Source of the DNA: Terriglobia bacterium
Lineage (GTDB): Bacteria; Acidobacteriota; Terriglobia; UBA7540; JAPUME01
DNA length: 64,000 bases
NCBI GenBank assembly: GCA_965237895.1
Contig: CBDEGR010000001.1
Coordinates: 476,287 to 540,286, forward strand
Direction: 5' to 3'
The position numbers and the translations under genes were made by a program. This document shows positions 47,398-56,318 of this stretch, piece after piece (the stretch's first letter is position 1; each line of letters starts with the position of its first letter). Under the pieces are notes generated by a model. The model did not search any database. It was not told the origin of the DNA and saw nothing but the letters and a program-made list of their open reading frames with translations.

Positions 47398-47503
47398 AGC
47401 AGTTTTTTTGTTGATGGCGCTGGAGGCGCTCGCCGTCGTTTCGAGGCGGGAAGTTTGTACCGGGCCCGGTTCGCTCCAATCGTGGAAAGGATTTCCTGGA
47501 TCA

Positions 47504-48880
47504 ATGTTTGAGGCTTGGTTGGGAAAAATAGTGAATTACGTTTGGGGAACGCCCCTGGCGTTGGGTTTGGTGGGGGCAGGTCTGATTCTGACCTTTTATA
47601 TGGGAGGGATTCAATGGCGCGGTTTTCTGCACGCCATCAAGGTGATTCGCGGCGCTTACGACCGGAAGGACGACCCGGGTGAGATCACGCACTTTCAAGC
47701 GCTCTCGACGGCTCTTTCGGCTACCGTCGGGCTGGGGAACATCGCCGGCGTCGCCGTGGCCATACAGATGGGCGGTCCGGGGGCTACGTTCTGGATGATT
47801 CTCACCGGTCTGGTCGGCATGGCCACCAAGTTCACCGAGTGCAGTTTGGGCTGCATCTACCGGAAGGTGGACGAAAAAGGAGTGGTCCACGGCGGACCCA
47901 TGCACTACATCATGGCCGGATTGGGCTCCCGCTTCAAACCGATGGCGATTTTCTACGCCTTTGCGGGAATTATGGCGAGTTACGGGGCCGCGAACATGTT
48001 CCAGACCAACCAGGCCGCCGATCTGTTGAATAAGAACTTCGGTGTTCCCCGATTGGCAACGGGCCTTGTCATCTCTTTTCTCACCGGAATCGTGATTATC
48101 GGAGGAATCAAGCGTATCGGAAGCGTGGCCGCGAAAGTCGTGCCGACCATGGCGAACATCTACGTCTTGGGCGCGTTGGTCGTCATCATCATGAACATTG
48201 AAAAAATTCCCGAAATGTTCGGATTAATTTTGAATAGTGCTTTTTCCGGAACGGCAGTCGTGGGAGGCGCGGCAGGAATCGCAGTCCGTACGGTCATGAT
48301 TCAAGGGATACGTCGGGCCTGCTTTTCGAACGAGGCCGGGGTGGGGTCGGCGGCTATTGCCCATTCGGCGGCCCGGACCGATCAGCCGGTTCGGGAAGGG
48401 ATTGTCGCCCTTCTCGAGCCTTTCATCGATACGGTCGTCATCTGCACCATGACCTCTCTGGTCCTGGTCATTACCGGTGTGTGGACCACTTCTCCCGAGG
48501 AGATAAAGGGTGCGGCGCTGACCGCTATGGCTTTTGATCAGGTCATCCCGGGGTTTGGAAAATTCTTTGTTCCGGTCGCGGTGGGGTTGTTTGCCTACTC
48601 CACCTTGATCAGTTGGTCCTATTACGGAGAGCGGTGTACGGATTTTCTTTTCGGTCCCAAAGGGATTATTCCTTACAAAGTGATCTTCTGTATCGTAGCC
48701 GTGATCGGTTCCGTATGGGAGTTGGGAGCGGTGGTGGCATTCTCCGACATCATGTTGGCTTTGATGGTGATCCCGAACCTGATTGCGGTTGCCTTCCTGG
48801 CCAAGAAAGTCAAAGGTGCGTTGAACGAGTACTTCGCTAAATTGAAAGCGGGCGAGTTCGACATACCCGAAAAATCTTAA
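47504..48880 (+). CDS. Alanine/glycine:cation symporter (AGCS family)
   Basis: The preferred start is MFEAWLGKIVNYVWG at 47504. ITHFQALSTALSATVGLGNIAGVAVAIQMGGPGATFWM is the family signature. The track start at 47327 overlaps thiE. Confidence 0.9.
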   Translation: MFEAWLGKIVNYVWGTPLALGLVGAGLILTFYMGGIQWRGFLHAIKVIRGAYDRKDDPGEITHFQALSTALSATVGLGNIAGVAVAIQMGGPGATFWMILTGLVGMATKFTECSLGCIYRKVDEKGVVHGGPMHYIMAGLGSRFKPMAIFYAFAGIMASYGAANMFQTNQAADLLNKNFGVPRLATGLVISFLTGIVIIGGIKRIGSVAAKVVPTMANIYVLGALVVIIMNIEKIPEMFGLILNSAFSGTAVVGGAAGIAVRTVMIQGIRRACFSNEAGVGSAAIAHSAARTDQPVREGIVALLEPFIDTVVICTMTSLVLVITGVWTTSPEEIKGAALTAMAFDQVIPGFGKFFVPVAVGLFAYSTLISWSYYGERCTDFLFGPKGIIPYKVIFCIVAVIGSVWELGAVVAFSDIMLALMVIPNLIAVAFLAKKVKGALNEYFAKLKAGEFDIPEKS

Positions 48881-48907
48881 GAACGATATTTCTACGGAGT
48901 AACTCTT

Positions 48908-49651
48908 TTGTCTTTGCAAGGAAGAATCGCAGTGGTGACGGGTGCTTCACGCGGCATCGGCCGGGAGATCGCCCTGACGTTGGCTCGCGAGGGGGCTAAA
49001 ATCGTCGTCGGCTACCGAGGCAACAAGAGGAAGGCGCAGCGTACTGCGGAGGCCGTCGAGGCCCATGGGGTGGAAGCGATTTCCGTCATGACGGACGTGA
49101 CCCAGCCGGAGAAAGTGAAGAACCTTACCGATGAGGTGGTGAACCGCTTCGGCCGGTACGATATCCTGGTGAATACGGTCGGCGAATTTCACTGGAAGCC
49201 GGTGGCCAAGTGCAGCATCGAGGAGTGGTCGAATGTGGTGGCGTCGAATCTCACCAGTGTCTTCCTCACGGCGAAGTTCGCGCTTCCAGTGATGCGCCGC
49301 CAGCGATGGGGGCGTATCATCAGCCTCGGCGCGGTGGGTGCGGAGCGGACCTTCGGCCAAGCGAAGATCGCACCCTATTCGGCGGCCAAATCCGGCGTGG
49401 TGGCTTTTACGCGGTCCCTGGCCTTGGAAGAAGCGTCTTACGGGATTACCGTCAACGTCGTCAACCCTTCCATCGTGGACGACAGAGACTTGACACTGGA
49501 AGAGGCGAAGAAGATGACCGACAAGCGATTTCCCGTGGGACGGCCCGCCACGGCCGAGGACGTAGCCGCCGCCATCCGGTACTTCGTCTCCGAGGATGCT
49601 TCTTTCGTCACCGGCCAGGTATTAAACGTCAGCGGGGGATGGATGCTTTGA
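48908..49651 (+). CDS. SDR-family oxidoreductase (FabG-like)
   Basis: TGASRGIGREIA, NTVG, YSAAKSGVVAFTRSLA. TTG start. Confidence 0.85.
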   Translation: MSLQGRIAVVTGASRGIGREIALTLAREGAKIVVGYRGNKRKAQRTAEAVEAHGVEAISVMTDVTQPEKVKNLTDEVVNRFGRYDILVNTVGEFHWKPVAKCSIEEWSNVVASNLTSVFLTAKFALPVMRRQRWGRIISLGAVGAERTFGQAKIAPYSAAKSGVVAFTRSLALEEASYGITVNVVNPSIVDDRDLTLEEAKKMTDKRFPVGRPATAEDVAAAIRYFVSEDASFVTGQVLNVSGGWML

Positions 49652-49714
49652 TGCTGGAATCGTCCCCTTCGAAACCCCTACCTGAAAATGCGAAGCCCCG
49701 GACCACCGCGCTCT

Positions 49715-49750
49715 AAAAAAGAGCCACCGGAGCGGTTTTCGCCCGGTGGC
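49715..49750 (-). terminator. Terminator-like hairpin oriented for the minus strand
   Basis: The minus strand reads GCCACCGG-gcgaaaaccgct-CCGGTGGC-TCTTTTTT. No credible minus-strand gene lies upstream. On the plus strand no U tract follows. Confidence 0.3.
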
Positions 49751-49788
49751 CGTCGTACCTACCCTCGAAGCAGAGAAGGAATCGAACG

Positions 49789-51408
49789 GTGAAAATCCTT
49801 ACCGCGGCCCAGATGCGCGAGATTGACCGCCGGACGGTAGAGTCCTGCGGCGTGCCGAGCCTGCTGCTGATGGAGAATGCCGGGGTTGCGGTCGTGGAGT
49901 TCCTGGAGCGCAAATTTCCCGAACTCGCGAAAGAGAGAATTACGATTCTCTGCGGACCGGGAAACAACGGCGGCGACGGGTTTGTCGTTGCGCGGCAGCT
50001 TTTGCAGCGCGGCGTAAAGCCTCGTACGGTGCTGTTCGGCGACCCCGAACGGCTCCCAGGGGACGCGGCGGCAAATTTCCGGATGCTGGTAAAAGTTGCC
50101 GGGTCACCGGCGGTGGCGAAGGATGCGGCAGAGTGGAAGACTCTGAAGCAGAAATTTGCCTCCACAACACTCTTTATTGATTCGATCTTCGGTACGGGTT
50201 TGAGTAGGCCTTTGGAGGGATTTTATGGGGAATTGGTAGGCGACCTCCGTGCTTCCTTTCAAAGTAGAGACGAAATTCGATGGGTGGCGGTCGATCTGCC
50301 CACCGGAATTCCCTCCGATGACGGTCCCTTGCGGGGTGAATTCCTGAGGGCCGATTATACCGTGACGTTCACCGCGCCCAAGGCGGCGCACATCTTCCCT
50401 CCGGCCTGCGGGCACGTCGGCGAGTGGGAAGTAAAAACCATCGGGACGCCTGCCTCCTTGCTTGAAACGGACGATACCCTCTTCATGAACTACACGGACG
50501 CGGAGGCAGTCCGCCGGGTCCTTACGCCTCGCCCGCTGGATGCGCATAAGGGAACGTTCGGCCATGTTCTGCTCGTTGCCGGGTCGCGGGGCAAGACCGG
50601 CGCGGCGGCGCTTGCCGCCCAAGCGGCCCAAAGAGCGGGCGCGGGCTTGGTGACGGTGGCGGCCCCCCTGAGCGCCGCCTCCCTCATTGCCTCCGAGGCC
50701 CCCGAATTTATGACCGCGGCGATGCCGGAGACCGGCCAAGGAACGCTTTCTCTCCAGGCGCTGGAAGGCGACAGGTTCGATAAGTTGGTCGAGGGAAAAA
50801 CCGTCCTGGCCGTAGGGCCCGGCCTGACCACCGAACCGGAGACGGTGGAAGTGGTCCGCCGTCTGGTCGAGACGTATGATATTCCTCTTGTGCTTGATGC
50901 TGACGGATTGAACGCGTTTTCTTTATCTAAAGCCGGAGCCGCCGATAAGCTGGCTGCGAAGGGAAAGGCGAGAACTCGCGTGCTGACGCCGCATCCCGGC
51001 GAGATGGGCCGCCTGTGCGGTATCGGTTCCGCCGAAGTTCAAGCCGGGCGGGTTGAAGTGGCTCGCGAGTTCTCTTCCAAGAACCGGCTCCATGTAGTCC
51101 TAAAGGGTTTTCGGACCTTGACGGCTGCGCCCGACGGGCAAGTCTGGGTCAACGGTTCGGGCAATCCCGGCATGGCGACCGGCGGGGCGGGCGATGTGCT
51201 GACCGGCATCGTGGCCGGGATGATGGCCCGCTATTCCGGTCAACCCGTGACGGAAGTTGTGGCCGCGGCGGTCTACCTGCACGGAGCGGCGGGGGACATG
51301 GCGGCGGAAAGCGTGGGCCAGGAAGCGTTGATTGCCTCCGATATTCTGAACCATGTCCCGGAAGCCATTCGACGGATTGAACGGATTGAAAAGCCCCGCC
51401 CTCTTTAA
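49789..51408 (+). CDS. nnr: Bifunctional NAD(P)H-hydrate repair enzyme (epimerase + ADP-dependent dehydratase)
   Basis: The N-terminal YjeF_N part has CGPGNNGGDGFVVAR. The C-terminal part has GSGNPGMATGGAGDVLTG. GTG start. The stop overlaps the tsaE ATG (TAATG). Confidence 0.9.
   Translation: MKILTAAQMREIDRRTVESCGVPSLLLMENAGVAVVEFLERKFPELAKERITILCGPGNNGGDGFVVARQLLQRGVKPRTVLFGDPERLPGDAAANFRMLVKVAGSPAVAKDAAEWKTLKQKFASTTLFIDSIFGTGLSRPLEGFYGELVGDLRASFQSRDEIRWVAVDLPTGIPSDDGPLRGEFLRADYTVTFTAPKAAHIFPPACGHVGEWEVKTIGTPASLLETDDTLFMNYTDAEAVRRVLTPRPLDAHKGTFGHVLLVAGSRGKTGAAALAAQAAQRAGAGLVTVAAPLSAASLIASEAPEFMTAAMPETGQGTLSLQALEGDRFDKLVEGKTVLAVGPGLTTEPETVEVVRRLVETYDIPLVLDADGLNAFSLSKAGAADKLAAKGKARTRVLTPHPGEMGRLCGIGSAEVQAGRVEVAREFSSKNRLHVVLKGFRTLTAAPDGQVWVNGSGNPGMATGGAGDVLTGIVAGMMARYSGQPVTEVVAAAVYLHGAAGDMAAESVGQEALIASDILNHVPEAIRRIERIEKPRPL
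51372..51389. repeat. 9-bp tandem duplication (acggattga x2) inside the nnr 3' end
   Basis: 51372-51380 equals 51381-51389, encoding ...RIERIE.... Confidence 0.9.
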
Positions 51409-51443
51409 TGCCCGCAATGCCCACAATGCCCGCAATGCCCGCA
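51408..51443. repeat. 9-bp tandem repeat x4 (atgcccgca / atgcccaca), each unit with an in-frame ATG
   Basis: Units at 51408, 51417, 51426 and 51435, with a fifth ATG at 51444. Encodes MPAMPTMPAMPA at the tsaE 5' end. Confidence 0.95.
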
Positions 51444-51908
51444 ATGAACGAACCATCCCGCCAAACGATTACTCATTCTGAAGAAGAGACCCGGCAGTGG
51501 GGGCGGGCGCTCGGCGCTCGGTGGGCTGCCGCACCCCGGCACTCCCGCCTGGTGCTGCTTCGGGGTGATTTGGGAAGCGGCAAGACAACACTGACGAAAG
51601 GCATCGTCGCCGGCATGGGCGAGGGCGCGGAGGACGATGTCACCAGTCCCACCTTTACTCTGGTTCAGGAATACGGCAAGGCCGGCAGGGTTTTCCACGT
51701 GGACCTTTACAGAATTGGAAATCCTGCGGAAATCGAATCGCTGGGGCTAGATGAGGTTCTTGGGCATGGAAAGGGAGCGGGAGCGACCGTACTGGTTGAG
51801 TGGGGTGAAAAGTTCCCGATGGAAAAGGATACGCCGCGGGTGGAGATCAGCCTGGAAATTCTCTCAGGGGATGAGAGGAAGATCACGCTTGAGGTGTTCG
51901 ACGGCTGA
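51408..51908 (+). CDS. tsaE: tRNA t6A37 biosynthesis ATPase TsaE
   Basis: LLRGDLGSGKTTLTKGIVAGMG, VTSPTFTLVQEY, HVDLYRI. The start could be any of five in-frame ATGs (51408-51444). Confidence 0.85.
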   Translation: MPAMPTMPAMPAMNEPSRQTITHSEEETRQWGRALGARWAAAPRHSRLVLLRGDLGSGKTTLTKGIVAGMGEGAEDDVTSPTFTLVQEYGKAGRVFHVDLYRIGNPAEIESLGLDEVLGHGKGAGATVLVEWGEKFPMEKDTPRVEISLEILSGDERKITLEVFDG

Positions 51909-51944
51909 GGAAAATTCTTCCGGAAGTTTTCAAAGTGAAGATTT

Positions 51945-52802
51945 CTACGTTTGATGTTGCAGAGAAGCCGCGATCTCTTCCAGCCGGTCAATGACGGAAG
52001 CAATTCGCCCGTCCGGTGTTGAAGCTCCTGCCGTAATTCCAATCCGATTTACGTTTTCAAGGTCCGCCGAGTCGATCTCCTCGGCTACTTCGATGTGACG
52101 CATCGTCGTTCCTTGCTGCCGGCAAATCTCCGCCAGCTTATTGGTGTTGGCGCTGTTTCGCCCGCCGACGACGTACATCAGATCCACTTGGGCGGAGATC
52201 CCCCGCGCCGAAATCTGCCGGTCCGACGTGTAGTCGCAGATGGTGTTGAAGATACGCAGCTCCGTGCTTCGTTCGATCAGTCTGGCGACGACCTTCTGGA
52301 CCTTTTCAATCGGATAGGTGGTCTGCACCACGATGCCCGCTTTTGCATAGTGGGGCAGGGAGTCGGCTTCCTCCGGTTGGTTGATGACGGTTACCCGCTT
52401 ACCCGCATATCCCAGAATCCCTTTGATCTCCGGGTGGTTCGGGTCGCCAATGATGATGATGTGGTACTCCTCGTTGCAGAGGAGTTCGGCGTACTGGTGA
52501 GACTTCTTCACATAGGGGCAGGTCGCATCCAAGACTTGGTTTCCCTCGCGCCGCAGGCGGTCTTCTTCTTGGGGCCGGATGCCGTGGGTTCGGATGATGG
52601 AGACGGTGTCGTGGACGTCCTGGCCTTCCTGAACCACTTCAATCCCATCCCGCTTCATCTGCTCGATCACCTGCGGGTTATGAATCAAGGGGCCGATGGT
52701 GACAATCGAGGCTGTTGCCCGGCTGGATTCCTCCTCCGCCATCTTGAGGGCCCGCTCTACACCGAAGCAGAAGCCTGCGCCTTCGTCGAGAATGATCTCC
52801 AT
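51945..52802 (-). CDS. ispH: 4-hydroxy-3-methylbut-2-enyl diphosphate reductase
   Basis: MEIILDEGAGFCFGVERALKMA..., GPLIHNPQV, ATCPYVKK, VVGGRNSANTNKL. Confidence 0.9.
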   Translation of the reverse strand: MEIILDEGAGFCFGVERALKMAEEESSRATASIVTIGPLIHNPQVIEQMKRDGIEVVQEGQDVHDTVSIIRTHGIRPQEEDRLRREGNQVLDATCPYVKKSHQYAELLCNEEYHIIIIGDPNHPEIKGILGYAGKRVTVINQPEEADSLPHYAKAGIVVQTTYPIEKVQKVVARLIERSTELRIFNTICDYTSDRQISARGISAQVDLMYVVGGRNSANTNKLAEICRQQGTTMRHIEVAEEIDSADLENVNRIGITAGASTPDGRIASVIDRLEEIAASLQHQT

Positions 52803-52830
52803 AATGGACCTCCGTACCCTGTAACGCCTT

Positions 52831-52850
52831 TACTTTCCGCTACTTTCCGC
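52831..52850. repeat. Perfect 10-bp tandem duplication (tactttccgc x2) in the ispH 5' region
   Basis: 52831-52840 equals 52841-52850, 29 nt upstream of the ispH ATG (minus strand). Confidence 0.95.
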
Positions 52851-53117
52851 TGGTTATTCGCCGCGAAAAGCTCTTCCAGATGCAGTATAGGCGATTGGAA
52901 GGGCTTGGTCAACTTGGGGATGCGGTAAGCACTATACCCCCTTGTTTCTACCCCACCTCCGCCCGGCGCGCGATGCCACCCAGAAGAGGTCATGACGAGG
53001 TGCATTGGCAAAAAGAGGGGGACTGGTGTATGATTTTGCGCAAAGGTAAAGTTAAAATTGGGAATCCCCGTACACAACACTAGCCCTCTCCCGACTTCGA
53101 TGAATTGGAGACAGCGC

Positions 53118-54398
53118 ATGAAAAACCTTTCCAGGATTTCTTCGTTATTCGCACTTTCGATTTTTTGGAACTTACCCATCGCCTCCGCTCAGGGGCTACC
53201 TACCGCCTCCCCGGAAGAAGTCGGTCTTTCCTCGGAGCGCTTGAAACGCATAGGTGCCGTCATGCAGTCTTATGTGGATCAGGGGAAGCTGGCCGGTCTG
53301 ATCACCATGGTGGCGCGCCGCGGGAAAGTAGTCCACTTCGAGCGATTCGGCATGATGGACAGAGAAGCCGGAAAACCCATATGGGAAGACACCATCTTCC
53401 GCATCTACTCCATGACCAAGCCGATCACCAGCGCCGCCATAATGATGCTTTACGAGGAGGGCCACTTCCAACTCGACGATCCGGTTTCGAAGTTCATTAC
53501 GGAATTTGGAAAGATGAGAGTTTTCACCTACGCCAGCGCCGACGGATCGAACATTGTAACCACCGCCCCCGAGCGCGAAGCGACCATCCGAGATCTTCTG
53601 AGGCATACCTCGGGCCTCACCTACGGCTCCTCGAAAGAACCCGTCGACGTCATGTACAACGAAGCCAAGGTTATCGATTATGATACGACGCTCAAAGAGA
53701 TGGTCCGCAAGCTCGGTACGTTGCCGCTGCGGAACCACCCCGGCCGGGAGTGGCACTATAGCGTATCCATGGATGTGTTGGGCTATCTGGTGGAAGTGAT
53801 TTCGGGAATGGCCTTTGATGCTTTTTTGGAAAAGAGGATTTTTAAGCCTCTGGGAATGAAAGATACAAACTTCTATGTCCCGAAGGAAAAGCACAGCCGG
53901 TTTGCCGCTACCTACGGCCCCGATGGAGAGGGTGGAATTAAGCTGATCGACCCGCCCGCCTCCAGCCGATTCGCGAAACCGGTAAAGCTGCTCTCCGGAG
54001 GCGGCGGGTTGGTCTCAACCGCCTCCGATTACATGCGATTCTTGCAGATGTTGCTCAACGGAGGCGAGCTCGACGGCGTGCGCCTGCTCGGCACGAAGAC
54101 CGTCGAGCTGATGACGGCGAACCACCTTCCCGAGGAGATGATCCCCATTCTCGGAGGGACAAGGGCGTTCAAGGGATACGGGTTCGGATTAGGCGTTCGC
54201 GTGATGGTGCACGTCTCGCAAGCGGAAGTTCTGGGATCAAAGGGAGAGTACGGTTGGATTGGCGCCGCGAGCACCTATTTCTTGATCGACCCGAAGGAAG
54301 AAATGATCGGCATCGTGATGACCCAGTTCAGGCCAAACAATTTTTATCCCATTCACCGCCAATTCAAGGTCCTGACCTATCAAGCCATCGTCGATTGA
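53118..54398 (+). CDS. Serine hydrolase, beta-lactamase/esterase (class C-like) family, secreted
   Basis: The preferred start is MKNLSRISSLFALSIFWNLPIASAQG at 53118, with GGAG upstream. The SxxK motif is SMTKPITS. YSVSMDVLG supplies the Tyr motif. Confidence 0.85.
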   Translation: MKNLSRISSLFALSIFWNLPIASAQGLPTASPEEVGLSSERLKRIGAVMQSYVDQGKLAGLITMVARRGKVVHFERFGMMDREAGKPIWEDTIFRIYSMTKPITSAAIMMLYEEGHFQLDDPVSKFITEFGKMRVFTYASADGSNIVTTAPEREATIRDLLRHTSGLTYGSSKEPVDVMYNEAKVIDYDTTLKEMVRKLGTLPLRNHPGREWHYSVSMDVLGYLVEVISGMAFDAFLEKRIFKPLGMKDTNFYVPKEKHSRFAATYGPDGEGGIKLIDPPASSRFAKPVKLLSGGGGLVSTASDYMRFLQMLLNGGELDGVRLLGTKTVELMTANHLPEEMIPILGGTRAFKGYGFGLGVRVMVHVSQAEVLGSKGEYGWIGAASTYFLIDPKEEMIGIVMTQFRPNNFYPIHRQFKVLTYQAIVD

Positions 54399-54530
54399 CC
54401 TGCCCCTGGTCAAGAATTCAATTTTAGATGTTCCCCTACAACAAAATCTGCTGCTTGAAGTGGTGCACAACTCATGGATTGAAAGATTGGCGATGGGAAG
54501 CCATCGGGCAGTCGGCGTAGAGAGGCCGAA

Positions 54531-54571
54531 GCAAAAATAAGCACACCCACCCCCAGGGCAGGGGATGGGCG
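54531..54571 (-). terminator. Candidate intrinsic terminator of the peroxiredoxin gene
   Basis: The minus strand reads CCCAUCCCC-ugcccug-GGGGUGGG (8 bp including one G-U pair), then ugugcUUAUUUUU. Confidence 0.4.
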
Positions 54572-54595
54572 GTACCTCTCGGCGTCAATACCGGC

Positions 54596-55255
54596 TTACT
54601 TCGGTTGGGGGACGATGCGGAGATAAGGTTTGGGCGACTTCCAGCCACCGGGGTGTTGCTGTTTCGCGTCTGCGTCCGACACCGAGGGCAGGATGATCAC
54701 GTCGTCTCCCTGCCTCCAGTTCACCGGTGTGGCGACTTTATGCTTGGCCGTGAGCTGCATCGAATCGAGGACGCGCAGCACCTCATCGAAATTACGGCCG
54801 CTGGTCATGGGGTAGATGAGCATCAGTTTGATCGTCTTGTCCGGACCGATGATGAAAACCGTGCGCACGGTGGCATTGTCCGCCGCGGTGCGGCCCTCAC
54901 TGGTTTCCCCGGCTTCGGCGGGCAACATGCCATAGAGCTTGGCGATCTTCAGCTCCGGGTCGCCGATTATCGGAAAATTCATCTTGTGGCCCTGCGTCTC
55001 TTCGATATCTTTGGCCCATTTGGTGTGGCTGCTGGCCGGGTCCACGCTCAGCCCGATGACCTTGCAGTTGCGCTTGGCGAATTCGGGTTGCAGCCCGGCC
55101 ATATAGCCGAGTTCGGTGGTGCACACCGGAGTAAAGTCTTTCGGGTGGGAAAACAGGATGGCCCAGCCGTTGCCGATCCATTCGTGAAATTTGATGGTCC
55201 CTTGCGTGGTTTCGGCGACAAAATCCGGCGCTTCGGCATTGATGCGTAGTGACAT
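54596..55255 (-). CDS. 1-Cys peroxiredoxin (Prx6-like)
   Basis: The preferred start is MSLRINAEAPDF at 55255, with GAGGAA upstream. WAILFSHPKDFTPVCTTELG is the peroxidatic Cys motif. Confidence 0.9.
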   Translation of the reverse strand: MSLRINAEAPDFVAETTQGTIKFHEWIGNGWAILFSHPKDFTPVCTTELGYMAGLQPEFAKRNCKVIGLSVDPASSHTKWAKDIEETQGHKMNFPIIGDPELKIAKLYGMLPAEAGETSEGRTAADNATVRTVFIIGPDKTIKLMLIYPMTSGRNFDEVLRVLDSMQLTAKHKVATPVNWRQGDDVIILPSVSDADAKQQHPGGWKSPKPYLRIVPQPK

Positions 55256-55417
55256 GGTGGTTTCCTCGCTTGAAATTTTATTATGGAGAAACACCTAGAA
55301 GATTAATTCTACGCGTGTGGGTTTTGGGATGTCAAGCGGACTTTACCGGGGGTTCTAGTGTTGCGTTACGTTAAATAAGTGACACACCACGTCTCCGGCT
55401 GCAGGGGACGCACCGAA

Positions 55418-55472
55418 GGGGTAGGACGGCATTTCCAGGCCGTCACGTCGGGCTGGAAATGCCGTCCCACCC
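55418..55472. repeat. Long inverted repeat / stem-loop between nth and the peroxiredoxin gene
   Basis: gggtaggacggcatttccag (55419-55438) pairs with ctggaaatgccgtcccaccc (55453-55472). 19 of 20 positions are complementary, the loop is 14 nt, and there is no U tract. Confidence 0.8.
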
Positions 55473-55564
55473 AAGATACTTATCACCTTCACTCCGCTGT
55501 GCTTGTATCAATTTCTTTGGTAACAGGACACTGGGAGTGAACGCTCCTGAACCGAAAGTACGAA

Positions 55565-56215
55565 TTAAACCGTTTTATCCGGCGCGTCGCAGAGTGACTC
55601 CATCGGGCAGTCGGCGCAGAGCGGTTTGCGTGCCATGCAGAGCTGCCGCCCGTGGTGGATCACCTGATGGCCGAAGTCGATCCATCGCTCCTTGGAGACG
55701 ATCTCCATCAAATCCCGCTCTACCTTTTCGGGGGTTTTCTGTGTCGAAAATTTCCACCGGCGGGAGATGCGGAAGACGTGCGTATCGACCACGATGCCGG
55801 TCGGAATCCCGAACGCCGTGCCCAGAACCACGTTGGCCGTCTTTCGCGCCACGCCCGGCAGCGACAGCATCTCTTCCATGGTGCGGGGAATCTTTCCGCA
55901 GAAATCGGAGAGGAGTTTTTGCGCGCAGCCGATGATGTTCTTGGCCTTGTTGCGGTAAAACCCGGTCGAGTGGATTTCCCGCTCCAGGACTTCCTGCCGC
56001 AGGGCGGCGAAGTCCTCGACCGTGGGGTACTTTTGAAAAAGGCCCGGCGTCACCTTGTTGACGCGCTGGTCGGTGCACTGGGCCGAAAGGATGGTGGCGA
56101 CGGTCAGTTGAAAAGGGTTGTGGTGAGTGAGGGCGCACTCGGCGCGGGGATAGGTGGCGTCCAGATGGCCCAGAATTTTTTCCACCCGCCGAGGATCGGT
56201 ATAGTTCTCCGTCAT
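55565..56215 (-). CDS. nth: Endonuclease III
   Basis: HhH-GPD motifs (LPGVARKTANVVL) and the C-terminal 4Fe-4S loop CMARKPLCADCPMESLC. Confidence 0.9.
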   Translation of the reverse strand: MTENYTDPRRVEKILGHLDATYPRAECALTHHNPFQLTVATILSAQCTDQRVNKVTPGLFQKYPTVEDFAALRQEVLEREIHSTGFYRNKAKNIIGCAQKLLSDFCGKIPRTMEEMLSLPGVARKTANVVLGTAFGIPTGIVVDTHVFRISRRWKFSTQKTPEKVERDLMEIVSKERWIDFGHQVIHHGRQLCMARKPLCADCPMESLCDAPDKTV

Positions 56216-56318
56216 TTTTACTTTCCGATTTACCTTTCAGAAAACGCCTGCTCGTTTTCCGTGAAGATTTCGTTTTCGGCGGCATCGAGTTTACCGAGAG
56301 TGCGCGAGGGAGATTTTT

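Noticed and set aside
47398-47503. Glycine riboswitch upstream of the alanine/glycine symporter
   Set aside because: I looked for the GGAGAG...ACCGAAGGGGCAA...CTCAGGCAAAAGGAC core. Only vague resemblance (ctggaggcg...) was found, not the conserved blocks. cmscan with RF00504 would settle it.
49713-50165. A 150-aa minus-strand ORF ending at the reverse-oriented terminator
   Set aside because: It is antisense to the nnr N-terminus and its Ser/Arg/Pro/Thr-rich composition looks like junk. Only the hairpin is retained, as an observation.
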